Part shown: positions 14,450 through 28,300 of the stretch, piece after piece
Position numbering within the stretch: position 1 is the first letter of the stretch
Layout of the letters: each line of letters opens with the position of its first letter
DNA from: Azolla caroliniana
Lineage: Eukaryota; Plantae; Polypodiophyta
Length of the DNA stretch: 64,000 nt
Assembly (NCBI GenBank): GCA_043228905.1
Contig: JBHGNT010000054.1
Location: forward strand, 113,554 to 177,553
Reading direction: 5' to 3'
Notes under the pieces: generated by a model
The model's input: only the letters and a program-made list of their open reading frames with translations
Databases searched by the model: none
Told to the model about the DNA's origin: nothing
Translations under genes and position numbers: made by a program

Positions 14450-17400
14450 ACTAGCCATGATATCGAATTAAAAAATCAAGATTTTGCAACTCAGGTCGAG
14501 AGACATGAAGAAAAAAGCAATTTTGAGGAAGGCGTAGACAAGAGCGCCTCACTGACTGAAAATATTCCTAGATGGCTTGTGTGATATCGGATTTTGGTGT
14601 TTAAACATGCGAATCGAAGGTAACGAATATAGCCATGATATAGAATTGAAAAATCAAGATTTAAAAACTCTGGTCGAGAGACATGAAGAAAAAAGCAATT
14701 TTGAGGAAGGCGTCGACAAGAGCGCCACAATGAATGAAAATGCTCATAGATTGCTCGTGTGATATCGGATTTTGTTGTTTAAACATGCGAATCGAAGGTA
14801 ACGAATCTAGCCATGATATGGAATTAAAAAATCAAGATTTTGAAACTCAAGTGGAGAGACATGAAGGAAAAAGCAAATTTGAGGAAGCCGTCGACAAGAG
14901 CGCCACAATGAATGAAAATGTTAATAGATTCCTCATGTGATATCGGATTTTGGTGTTTAAACATGCGAATCGAAGGTAACGAATCTAGCCATGATATGGA
15001 ATTAAAAAATAAAGAATTTGATACTCATATCGAGAGACATGAAGAAAAATGCAATTTTGAGGTAGGTGTAGACAAGAGCGCCTCACTGACTAAAAATGTT
15101 CATAGATGGCTCGTTTGATATCGGATTTTGGTGTTTAAACATGCAAATCGAAGGTACCGAAACTAGCCATGATATCGAATTAAAAAATCAAGATTTTGCA
15201 ACTCAGGTCGAGAGACATGAAGAAAAAAGCAATTTTGAGGAAGGCGTAGACAAGAGCGCCTCACTGACTGAAAATATTCCTAGATGGCTTGTGTGATATC
15301 GGATTTTGGTGTTTAAACATGCGAATCGAAGGTAACGAATATAGCCATGATATAGAATTGAAAAATCAAGATTTAAAAACTCTAGTCGAGAGACATGAAG
15401 AAAAAAGCAATTTTGAGGAAGGCGTCGACAAGAGCGCCACAATGAATGAAAATGCTCATAGATTGCTCGTGTGATATCGGATTTTGTTGTTTAAACATGC
15501 GAATCGAAGGTAACGAATCTAGCCATGATATGGAATTAAAAAATCAAGATTTTGAAACTCAAGTCGAGAGACATGAAGGAAAAAGCAAATTTGAGGAAGC
15601 CGTCGACAAGAGCGCCACAATGAATGAAAATGTTAATAGATGGCTCGTGTGATATCGGATTTTGGTGTTGAAACATGCGAATCGAAGGTAACGAATCTAG
15701 CCATGATATGGAATTAAAAAATAAAGATTTTGATACTCATATCGAGAGACATGAAGAAAAAAGCAATTTTGAGGAAGGCGTAGACAAGAGCGCCTCACTG
15801 ACTGAAAATGTTCCTAGATGGCTTGTGTGATATCGGATTTTGGTGTTTAAACATGCGAATCGAAGGTAACGAATATAGCCATGATATGGAATTGAAAAAT
15901 CAAGATTTAAAAACTCTGGTCGAGAGACATAAAGAAAAAAGCAATTTTGAGGAAGGCGTAGACAAGAGCGCCTCACTGACTGAAAATGTTCCTAGATGGC
16001 TTGTGTGATATCGGATTTTGGTGTTTAAACCTGCGAATCGAAGGTAACGAATATAGCCATGATATGGAATTGAAAAATCAAGATTTAAAAACTCAGGTCC
16101 AGAGACATGAAGTAAAAAGCAAATTTAAGGAAGCCGTCGACAAGAGCGCCTCACTGACTAAAAATGTTCATAGATGGCTCGTGTGATATCGGGTTTTGGT
16201 GTTTAAACATGCGAATTGAAGGTAACGAATATAGCCATGATATGGAATTGAAAAATCAAGATTTAAAAACTCAGGTCGAGAGACATAAAGTAAAAAGGAA
16301 ATTTAAGGAAGGCGTCGACAAGAGCGCCTCAATGGATGAAAAGGTTCATAGATTCCTCGTGTGATATCGGATTTTGGTGTTTAAACATGCGAATCAAAGG
16401 TAACGAATATAGCCATGATATGGAATTAAAAAATCAAGATTTAAAAACTCAGGTCCAGAGACATGAAGTAAAAAGCAAATTTAAGGAAGCCGTCGACAAG
16501 AGCGCCACAATGAATGAAAATGTTAATAGATGGCTCGTGTGATATCGGATTTTGGTGTTTAAACATGCGAATCGAAGGTAACGAATATAGCCACAACATG
16601 GAATTGAAAAATCAAGATTTTGAAACTCAAGTCGAGAGACATGAAGAGAAAAGCAATTTTGAGGAAGGCGTAGACAAGAGCGCCTCAATGAATGAAAATG
16701 TTCATAGAATCCTCGTGTGATATCGGATTTAGGTTTTTAAACATGCGAATCGAAGGTAACGAAACTAGCCATGATATGGAATTAAAATATCAAGATTGTG
16801 AAACTCAGGTCGAGAGAAGTGAAGAAAAAAGCAATTTTGAGGAAGGCGTAGACAAGTGCGCCTCACTGACTGAAAATGTTCATAGATGGCTCGTGTGATA
16901 TCGGGTTTTGGTGTTTAAACATGCGAATTGAAGGTAACGAATATAGCCATGATATGGAATTGAAAAATCAAGATTTAAAAACTCAGGTCGAGAGACATAA
17001 AGTAAAAAGGAAATTTAAGGAAGGCGTCGACAAGAGCGCCTCAATGGATGAAAAGGTTCATAGATTCCTCGTGTGATATCGGATTTTGGTGTTTAAACAT
17101 GCGAATCGAAGGTAACGAATCTAGCCATGATATGGAATTAAAAAATAAAGAATTTGATACTCATATCGAGAGACATGAAGAAAAAAGCAATTTTGAGGTA
17201 GGCGTAGACAAGAGCGCCTCACTGACTAAAAATGTTCATAGAATCCTCGTGTGATATCGGATTTAGGTTTTTAAACATGCGAATCGAAGGTAACGAAACT
17301 AGCCATGATATGGAATTAAAATATCAAGATTGTGAAACTCAGGTCGAGAGAAGTGAAGAAAAAAGCAATTTTGAGGAAGGCGTAGACAAGTGCGCCTCAC

Positions 17401-20400
17401 TGACTGAAAATGTTCATAGATGGCTCGTGTGATATCGGGTTTTGGTGTTTAAACATGCGAACTGAAGGTAACGAATATAGCCATGATATGGAATTGAAAA
17501 ATCAAGATTTAAAAACTCAGGTCGAGAGACATAAAGTAAAAAGGAAATTTAAGGAAGGCGTCGACAAGAGCGCCTCAATGGATGAAAAGGTTCATAGATT
17601 CCTCGTGTGATATCGGATTTTGGTGTTTAAACATGCGAATCGAAGGTAACGAATCTAGCCATGATATGGAATTAAAAAATAAAGAATTTGATACTCATAT
17701 CGAGAGACATGAAGAAAAAAGCAATTTTGATGTAGGCGTAGACAAGAGCGCCTCACTGACTAAAAATGTTCATAGATGGCTCGTGTGATATCGAATTTTG
17801 GTGTTTAAACATGCAAATCGAAGGTAACGAAACTAGCCATGATATCGAATTAAAAAATCAAGATTTTGCAACTCAGGTCGAGAGACATGATGAAAAAAGC
17901 AATTTTGAGGAAGGCGTAGACAAGAGCGCCTCACTGACTGAAAATGTTCATAGATGGCTTGTGTGATATCGGATTTTGGTGTTTAAACATGCGAATCGAA
18001 GGTAACGAATAAAGCCATGATATGGAATTGAAAAATCAAGATTTAAAAACTCAGGTCGAGAGACATAAAGAAAAAAGCAATTTTGAGGAAGGCGTAGACA
18101 AGAGCGCCTCACTGACTGAAAATGTTCATAGATGGCTTGTGTGATATCGGATTTTGGTGTTTAAACATACGAATCGAAGGTAACGAAACTAGCCATGATA
18201 TGGAATTGAAAAATGAAGATTTAAAAACTCAGGTCCAGAGACATGAAGTAAAAAGCAAATTTAAGGAAGCCGTCGACAAGAGCGCCTCACTGACTAAAAA
18301 TGTTCATAGATGGCTCGTGTGATATCGGGTTTTGGTGTTTAAACATGCGAATTGAAGGTAACGAATATAGCCATGATATGGAATTGAAAAATCAAGATTT
18401 AAAAACTCAGGTCGAGAGACATAAAGTAAAAAGGAAATTTAAGGAAGGCGTCGACAAGAGCGCCTCAATGGATGAAAAGGTTCATAGATTCCTCGTGTGA
18501 TATCGGATTTTGGTGTTTAAACATGCGAATCAAAGGTAACGAATATAGCCATGATATGGAATTAAAAAATCAAGATTTAAAAACTCAGGTCCAGAGACAT
18601 GAAGTAAAAAGCAAATTTAAGGAAGCCGTCGACAAGAGCGCCACAATGAATGAAAATGTTAATAGATGGCTCGTGTGATATCGGATTTTGGTGTTTAAAC
18701 ATGCGAATCGAAGGTAACGAAACTAGCCATGATATGGAATTAAGAAATCAAGATTTTCAAACTCAAGTCGAGAGACATGAAGAAAAAAGCAATTTTGAGG
18801 CAGGCGTAGACAAGTGCGCCTCACTGACTGAATATGTTCATAGATGGCTCGTGTGATATCGGATTTTGGTGTTTAAACATGCGAATCGAAGGTAACGAAT
18901 ATAGCCACAACATGGAATTGAAAAATCAAGATTTTGAAACTCAAGTCGAGAGACATGAAGAGAAAAGCAATTTTGAGGAAGGCGTAGACAAGAGCGCCTC
19001 AATGAATGAAAATGTTCATAGAATCCTCGTGTGATATCGGATTTAGGTTTTTAAACATGCGAATCGAAGGTAACGAAACTAGCCATGATATGGAATTAAA
19101 ATATCAAGATTGTGAAACTCAGGTCGAGAGAAGTGAAGAAAAAAGCAATTTTGAGGAAGGCGTAGACAAGTGCGCCTCACTGACTGAAAATGTTCATAGA
19201 TGGCTCGTGTGATATCGGGTTTTGGTGTTTAAACATGCGAATTGAAGGTAACGAATATAGCCATGATATGGAATTGAAAAATCAAGATTTAAAAACTCAG
19301 GTCGAGAGACATAAAGTAAAAAGGAAATTTAAGGAAGGCGTCGACAAGAGCGCCTCAATGGATGAAAAGGTTCATAGATTCCTCGTGTGATATCGGATTT
19401 TGGTGTTTAAACATGCGAATCGAAGGTAACGAATATAGCCATGATATGGAATTGAAAAATCAAGATTTAAAAACTCAGGTCGAGAGACATAAAGAAAAAA
19501 GCAATTTTGAGGAAGCCGTAGACAAGAGCGCCTCACTGACTGAAAATGTTCATAGATGGCTTGTATGATATCGGATTTTGGTGTTTAAACCTGCGAATCG
19601 AAGGTAACGAATATAGCCATGATATGGAATTGAAAAATCAAGATTTAAAAACTCAGGTCCAGAGACATGAAGTAAAAAGCAAATTTAAGGAAGCCGTCGA
19701 CAAGAGCGCCTCACTGACTAAAAATGTTCATAGATGGCTCGTGTGATATCGGGTTTTGGTGTTTAAACATGCGAATTGAAGGTAACGAATATAGCCATGA
19801 TATGGAATTGAAAAATCAAGATTTAAAAACTCAGGTCGAGAGACATAAAGTAAAAAGGAAATTTAAGGAAGGCGTCGACAAGAGCGCCTCAATGGATGAA
19901 AAGGTTCATAGATTCCTCGTGTGATATCGGATTTTGGTGTTTAAACATGCGAATCGAAGGTAACGAATCTAGCCATGATATGGAATTAAAAAATAAAGAA
20001 TTTGATACTCATATCGAGAGACATGAAGAAAAAAGCAATTTTGAGGTAGGCGTAGACAAGAGCGCCTCACTGACTAAAAATGTTCATAGATGGCTCGTGT
20101 GATATCGAATTTTGGTGTTTAAACATGCAAATCGAAGGTAACGAAACTAGCCATGATATCGAATTAAAAAATCAAGATTTTGCAACTCAGGTCGAGAGAC
20201 ATGATGAAAAAAGCAATTTTGAGGAAGGCGTAGACAAGAGCGCCTCACTGACTGAAAATGTTCATAGATGGCTTGTGTGATATCGGATTTTGGTGTTTAA
20301 ACATGCGAATCGAAGGTAACGAATAAAGCCATGATATGGAATTGAAAAATCAAGATTTAAAAACTCAGGTCGAGAGACATAAAGAAAAAAGCAATTTTGA

Positions 20401-23400
20401 GGAAGGCGTAGACAAGAGCGCCTCACTGACTGAAAATGTTCATAGATGGCTTGTGTGATATCGGATTTTGGTGTTTAAACATACGAATCGAAGGTAACGA
20501 AACTAGCCATGATATGGAATTGAAAAATGAAGATTTAAAAACTCAGGTCCAGAGACATGAAGTAAAAAGCAAATTTAAGGAAGCCGTCGACAAGAGCGCC
20601 AGAATGAATGAAAATGTTAATAGATGGCTCGTGTGATATCGGATTTTGGTGTTTAAACATGCGAATCGAAGGTAACGAAACTAGCCATGATATGGAATTA
20701 AAAAATCAAGATTTTCAAACTCAAGTCGAGAGACATGAAGAAAAAAGCAATTTTGAGGAAGGCGTAGACAAGTGCGCCTCACTGACTGAAAATGTTCATA
20801 GATGGCTTGTGTGATATCGGATTTTGGTGTTTAAACATACGAATCGAAGGTAACGAAACTAGCCATGATATGGAATTGAAAAATGAAGATTTAAAAACTC
20901 AGGTCCAGAGACATGAAGTAAAAAGCAAATTTAAGGAAGCCGTCGACAAGAGCGCCAGAATGAATGAAAATGTTAATAGATGGCTCGTGTGATATCGGAT
21001 TTTGGTGTTTAAACATGCGAATCGAAGGTAACGAAACTAGCCATGATATGGAATTAAAAAATCAAGATTTTCAAACTCAAGTCGAGAGACATGAAGAAAA
21101 AAGCAATTTTGAGGAAGGCGTAGACAAGTGCGCCTCACTGACTGAAAATGTTCATAGATGGCTCGTGTGATATCGGATTTTGGTGTTTAAACATGCGAAT
21201 CGAAGGTAACGAATATAGCCACGACATGGAATTGAAAAATCAAGATTTTGAAACTCAAGTCGAGAGACATGAAGAAAAAAGCAAGTCGAGAGATATGGAA
21301 TTGAAAAATCAAGATTTAAAAACTTTGGTCGAGAGACATGAAGTGAAAAGCAAATTTAAGGAAGGCGTAGACAAGAGCGCCTCAATGGATGAAAATGTTC
21401 ATAGATTCCTCGTGTGATATCATATTTTGGTGTTTAAACATGCGAATCGAAGGTAACGAATATAGCCATGATATGGAATTGAAAAATCAAGATTTAAAAA
21501 CTTTGGTCGAGAGACATGAAGTGAAAAGCAAATTTAAGGAAGGCGTAGACAAGAGCGCCTCAATGGATGAAAATGTTCATAGATTCCTCGTGTGATATCA
21601 TATTTTGGTGTTTAAACATGCGAATCGAAGGTAACGAATATAGCCATGATATGGAATTGAAAATGTTCATAGATGAAACTCAAGTCGAGAGACATGAAGG
21701 AAAAAGCAAATTTGAGGAAGCCGTCGACAAGAGCGCCACAATGAATGAAAATGTTAATAGATTCCTCATGTGATATCGGATTTTGGTGTTTAAACATGCG
21801 AATCGAAGGTAACGAAACTAGCCATGATATGGAATTAAAAAATCAAGACTTTGAAACTCAGGTCGAGAGACATAAAGAAAAAAGCAATTTTGAGGAAGGC
21901 GTAGACAAGAGCGCCTCACTGACTGAAAATGTTCCTAGATGGCTTGTGTGATATCGGATTTTGGTGTTTAAACCTGCGAATCGAAGGTAACGAATATAGC
22001 CATGATATGGAATTGAAAAATCAAGATTTAAAAACTCAGGTCCAGAGACATGAAGTAAAAAGCAAATTTAAGGAAGCCGTCGACAAGAGCGCCTCACTGA
22101 CTAAAAATGTTCATAGATGGCTCGTGTGATATCGGGTTTTGGTGTTTAAACATGCGAATTGAAGGTAACGAATATAGCCATGATATGGAATTGAAAAATC
22201 AAGATTTAAAAACTCAGGTCGAGAGACATAAAGTAAAAAGGAACTTTAAGGAAGGCGTCGACAAGAGCGCCTCAATGGATGAAAAGGTTCATAGATTCCT
22301 CGTGTGATATCGGATTTTGGTGTTTAAACATGCGAATCGAAGGTAACGAATATAGCCATGATATGGAATTAAAAAATCAAGATTTAAAAACTCAGGTCCA
22401 GAGACATGAAGTAAAAAGCAAATTTAAGGAAGCCGTCGACAAGAGCGCCACAATGAATGAAAATGTTAATAGATGGCTCGTGTGATATCGGATTTTGGTG
22501 TTTAAACATGCGAATCGAAGGTAACGAAACTAGCCATGATATGGAATTAAAAAATCAAGATTTTCAAACTCAAGTCGAGAGACATGAAGAAAAAAGCAAT
22601 TTTGAGGAAGGCGTAGACAAGTGCGCCTCACTGACTGAAAATGTTCATAGATGGCTCGTGTGATATCGGATTTTGGTGTTTAAACATGCGAATCGAAGGT
22701 AACGAATATAGCCACGACATGGAATTGAAAAATCAAGATTTTGAAACTCAAGTCGAGAGACATGAAGAAAAAAGCAATTTTGAGGAAGGCGTAGACAAGA
22801 GCGCCTCACTGACTTAAAATGTTCCTAGATGGCTTGTGTGATATCGGATTTTGGTGTTTAAACATGCGAATCGAAGGTAACGAAACTAGCCATGATATGG
22901 AATTGAAAAATCAAGATTTAAAAACTCTGGTCGAGAGACATAAAGAAAAAAGCAATTTTGAGGAAGGCGTAGACAAGAGCGCCTCACTGACTGAAAATGT
23001 TCATAGATGGCTTGTGTGATATCGGATTTTGGTGTTTAAACATGCGAATCGAAGGTAACGAATAAAGCCATGATATGGAATTGAAAAATCAAGATTTAAA
23101 AACTCAGGTCCAGAGACATAAAGAGAAAAGCAAATTTGAGGAAGGCGTAGACAAGAGCGCCTCACTGAATGAAAATGTTCATAGATGGCTTGTGTGATAT
23201 CGGTTTAAAAACTTTGGTCGAGAGACATGAAGTGAAAAGCAAATTTAAGGAAGGCATAGACAAGAGCGCCTCAATGGATGAAAATGTTCATAGATTCCTC
23301 GTGTGATATCATATTTTGGTGTTTAAACATGCGAATCGAAGGTAACGAATATAGCCATGATATGGAATTGAAAAAATCAAGATTTAAAAACTCTGGTCGA

Positions 23401-25880
23401 GAGACATGAAGTGAAAAGCAAATTTAAGGAAGGCATAGACAAGAGCGCCTCAATGGATGAAAATGTTCATAGATTCCTCGTGTGATATCATATTTTGGTG
23501 TTTAAACATGCGAATCGAAGGTAACGAATATAGCCATGATATGGAATTGAAAAATCAAGATTTAAAAACTCTGCTCGAGAGACATGAAGAAAAAAGCAAT
23601 TTTGAGGAAGGCGTCGACAAGAGCGCCACAATGAATGAAAATGCTCATAGATTGCTCGTGTGATATCGGATTTTGTTGTTTAAACATGCGAATCGAAGGT
23701 AACGAATCTAGCCATGATATGGAATTAAAAAATCAAGATTTTGAAACTCAAGTCGAGAGACATGAAGGAAAAAGCAAATTTGAGGAAGCCGTCGACAAGA
23801 GCGCCACAATGAATGAAAATGTTAATAGATTCCTCGTGTGATATCGGATTTTGGTGTTTAAACATGCGAATCGAAGGTAACGAAACTAGCCATGATATGG
23901 AATTAAAAAATAAAGATTTTGAAACTCAAGTCGAGAGACATGAAGGAAAAAGCCATTTTGAGGAAGGCGTAGACAAGAGCGCCTCACTGAATGAAAAGGT
24001 TCATAGATGGCTCGTGTGATATCGGATTTTGGTGTTTAAACATGCGATTCGAAGGTAACGAATCTAGCCATGATATGGAATTAAAAAATAAAGATTTTGA
24101 TACTCATATCGAGAGACATGAAGAAAAAAGCAATTTTGAGGTAGGCGTAGACTAGAGCGCCTCAATGGATGAAAATGTTCATAGAATCCTCGTGTGATAT
24201 CGGATTTAGGTTTTTAAACATGCGAATCGAAGGTAACGAAACTAGCCATGATATGGAATTAAAATATCAAGATTTTGAAACTCAGGTCGAGAGAAGTGAA
24301 GAAAAAAGTAATTTTGAGGAAGGCGTAGACAAGTGCGCCTCACTGACTGAAAATGTTCATAGATGGCTCGTGTGATATCGGGTTTTGGTGTTTAAACATG
24401 CGAATCGAAGGTAACGACTATAGCCATGCGAATCAAAGCAATTTTGAGGAAGGCGTAGACAAGAGCGCCGCACTGACTGAAAATGTTCCTAGATGGCTTG
24501 TGTGATATCGGATTTTGGTGTTTAAACATGCGAATCGAAGGTAACGAATCTAGCCATGATATGGAATTAAAAAATGAAGATTTTGATACTCATATCGAGA
24601 GACATGAAGAAAAAAGCAAATTTGAGGAAGGCATGGACAAGAGCGCCTCACTGACTGAAAATGTTCCTAGATGGCTTGTGTGATATCGGATTTTGGTGTT
24701 TAAACATGCGATATGGAAGGTAACGAAACTAGCCATGATATGGAATTAAAAAATCAAGATTTTGAAACTCAAGTCGAGAGACATGAAGGAAAAAGCAATT
24801 TTGAGGAAGGCGTAGACAAGAGCGACTCAATGAATGAAAATGTTCATAGATGGCTCGTGTGATATCGGATTTTGGTGTTTAAACATGCGAATCGAAGGTA
24901 ACGAATATAGCCATGATATGGAATTGAAAAATCACGATTTAAAAACTCAGGCCGAGAGACATAAAGTGAAAAGCAAATTTAAGGAAGGTGTCGACAAGAG
25001 CGCCACAATGAATGAAAATGCCCATAGATTGCTCGTGTGATATCGGATTTTAGTGTTTAAACATGCGAATCGAAGGTAACGAATCTAGCCATGATTCCTC
25101 GTGTGATATCGGATTTGGGTGTTTAAACATGCGAATCGAAGGTAACGAATATAGCCATGATATGGAATTGAAAAATCAAGATTTAAAAACTCAGGCCGAG
25201 AGACATAAAGTGAAAAGCAATTTTGAGGAAGGCGTAGACTAGAGCGCCTCACTGACTGAAAATGCTCCTAGATGGCTTGTGTGATATCGGATTTTGGTGT
25301 TTAAACCTGCGAATCGAAGGTAACGAATATAGCCATGATATGGAATTGAAAAATCAAGATTTAAAAACTCAGGTCCAGAGACATGAAGTAAAAAGCAAGT
25401 TTAAGGAAGCCGTCGATAAGAGCGCCACAATGAATGAAAATGTTAATAGATTCCTCGTGTGATATCGGATTTTGGTGTTTAAACATGCGAATCGAAGATA
25501 ACGAAACTAGCCATGATATGGAATTAAAAAATCAAGATTTTGAAACTCAAGTCGAGAGACATGAAGGGAAAAGCAAATTTGAGGAAGGCGTAGACAAGAG
25601 CGCCTCACTTACTAAAAATGTTCATAGATGGCTCGTGTGATATCGGATTTTGGTGTTTAAACATGCGAATCGAAGGTAACGAATCTAGCCATGATATGGA
25701 ATTAAAAAATCAAGACTTTCAAACTCAAGTCAAGATACATGACGAAAACAGCAATTTTGAGGAAGGCGTAGACAAAAGCGCCTCAATCACTGAATATGTT
25801 CATAGATTCCTCGTGTGATATCGGATTTTGGTGTTTAAACATGCGAATCGAAGGTAACGAAACTAGCCACGATATGGAAT
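14450..25880 (+). repeat. Copy 1 of an ~11.4-kb segmental duplication within the satellite array
   Basis: Monomer order and rare scars match ~31380-42744. Offsets are 16930 (14577/31507 to 19362/36292), then 16574 (19896/36470 to 24834/41408), then 16863 (25262/42125, 25618/42481). Confidence 0.92.
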
Positions 25881-26679
25881 TAAAAAATCAAGATTTTCAA
25901 ACTCAAGGCGAGAGACATGAAGAAAAAAGCAATTTTGAGGAAGGCGTAGACAAGAGCGCCTCACTGACTGAAAATGTTCATAGATGGCTTGTGTGATATC
26001 GGATTTTGGTGTTTAAACATGCGAATCGAAGGTAACGAATAAAGCCATGATATGGAATTGAAAAATCAAGATTTAAAAACTCAGGTCGAGAGACATAAAG
26101 AAAAAAGGAATTTTGAGGAAGGCGTAGACAAGAGCGCCTCACTGACTGAAAATGTTCATAGATGGCTTGTGTGATATCGGATTTTGGTGTTTAAACATAC
26201 GAATCGAAGGTAACGAAACTAGCCATGATATGGAATTGAAAAATGAAGATTTAAAAACTCAGGTCCAGAGACATGAAGTAAAAAGCAAATTTAAGGAAGC
26301 CGTCGACAAGAGCGCCACAATGAATGAAAATGTTAATAGATGGCTCGTGTGATATCGGATTTTGGTGTTTAAACATGCGAATCGAAGGTAACGAAACTAG
26401 CCATGATATGGAATTAAAAAATCAAGATTTTCAAACTCAAGGCGAGAGACATGAAGAAAAAAGCAATTTTGAGGAAGGCGTAGACAAGTGCGCCTCACTG
26501 ACTGAAAATGTTCATAGATGGCTCGTGTGATATCGGATTTTGGTGTTTAAACATGCGAATCGAAGGTAACGAATATAGCCACGACATGGAATTGAAAAAT
26601 CAAGATTTTGAAACTCAAGTCGAGAGACATGAAGAAAAAAGCAATTTTGAGGAAGGCGTAGACAAGACGCCTCACTGAC

Positions 26680-28300
26680 TTAAAATGTTCCTAGATGGCT
26701 TGTGTGATATCGGATTTTGGTGTTTAAACATGCGAATCGAAGGTAACGAAACTAGCCATGATATCGAATTAAAAAATCAAGATTTTGCAACTCAGGTCGA
26801 GAGACATGAAGAAAAAAGCAATTTTGAGGAAGGCGTAGACAAGAGCGCCTCACTGACTGAAAATGTTCATAGATGGCTTGTGTGATATCGGATTTTGGTG
26901 TTTAAACATGCGAATCGAAGGTAACGAATCAAGCCATGATATGGAATTGAAAAATCAAGATTTAAAAACTCAGGTCCAGAGACATAAAGAGAAAAGCAAA
27001 TTTGAGGAAGGCGTAGACAAGAGCGCCTCACTGAATGAAAATGTTCATAGATGGCTTGTGTGATATCGGATTTTGGTGTTTAAACATGCGAATCGAAGGT
27101 AACGAATATAGCCATGATATGGAATTGAAAAATCAAGATTTAAAAACTTTGGTCGAGAGACATGAAGTGAAAAGCAAATTTAAGGAAGGCATAGACAAGA
27201 GCGCCTCAATGGATGAAAATGTTCATAGATTCCTCGTGTGATATCATATTTTGGTGTTTAAACATGCGAATCGAAGGTAACGAATATAGCCATGATATGG
27301 AATTGAAAAAATCAAGATTTAAAAACTCAGGTCGAGAGACATAAAGTAAAAAGCAAATTTAAGGAAGGTGTCGACAAGAGCGCCACAATGAATGAAAATG
27401 CTCATAGATTGCTCGTGTGATATCGGATTTTGGTGTTTAAACATGCGAATCGAAGGTAACGAATATAGCCATGATATGGAATTGAAAAATCAAGATTTAA
27501 AAACTCTGGTCGAGAGACATGAAGTGAAAAGCAAATTTAAGGAAGGCGTAGACAAGAGCGCCTCAATGGATGAAAATGTTCATAGATTCCTCGTGTGATA
27601 TCGGATTTTGGTGTTTAAACATGCGAATCGAAGGTAACGAATATAGCCATGATATGGAATTAAAAAATAAAGATTTTGAAACTCAGGTCGAGAGACATGA
27701 AGAAAAAAGCAATTTTGAGGAAGGCGTCGACAAGAGCGCCACAATGAATGAAAATGCTCATAGATGGCTCGTGTGATATCGGATTTTGTTGTTTAAACAT
27801 GCGAATCGAAGGTAACGAATCTAGCCATGATATGGAATTAAAAAATCAAGATTTTGAAACTCAAGTGGAGAGACATGAAGGAAAAAGCAAATTTGAGGAA
27901 GCCGTCGACAAGAGCGCCACAATGAATGAAAATGTTAATAGATTCCTCATGTGATATCGGATTTTGGTGTTTAAACATGCGAATCGAAGGTAACGAATCT
28001 AGCCATGATATGGAATTAAAAAATAAAGAATTTGATACTCATATCGAGAGACATGAAGAAAAATGCAATTTTGAGGTAGGCGTAGACAAGAGCGCCTCAC
28101 TGACTAAAAATGTTCATAGATGGCTCGTTTGATATCGGATTTTGGTGTTTAAACATGCAAATCGAAGGTACCGAAACTAGCCATGATATCGAATTAAAAA
28201 ATCAAGATTTTGCAACTCAGGTCGAGAGACATGAAGAGAAAAGCAATTTTGAGGAAGGCGTAGACAAGAGCGCCTCACTGACTGAAAATATTCCTAGATG
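26680..28300 (+). repeat. ~9-monomer block duplicated with ~4050-5680
   Basis: Constant offset of 22625 for 4410/27035, 4767/27392, 4945/27570, 5301/27926 and 5485/28110, including the A6 1-bp insertion (4681/27306). Confidence 0.85.
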
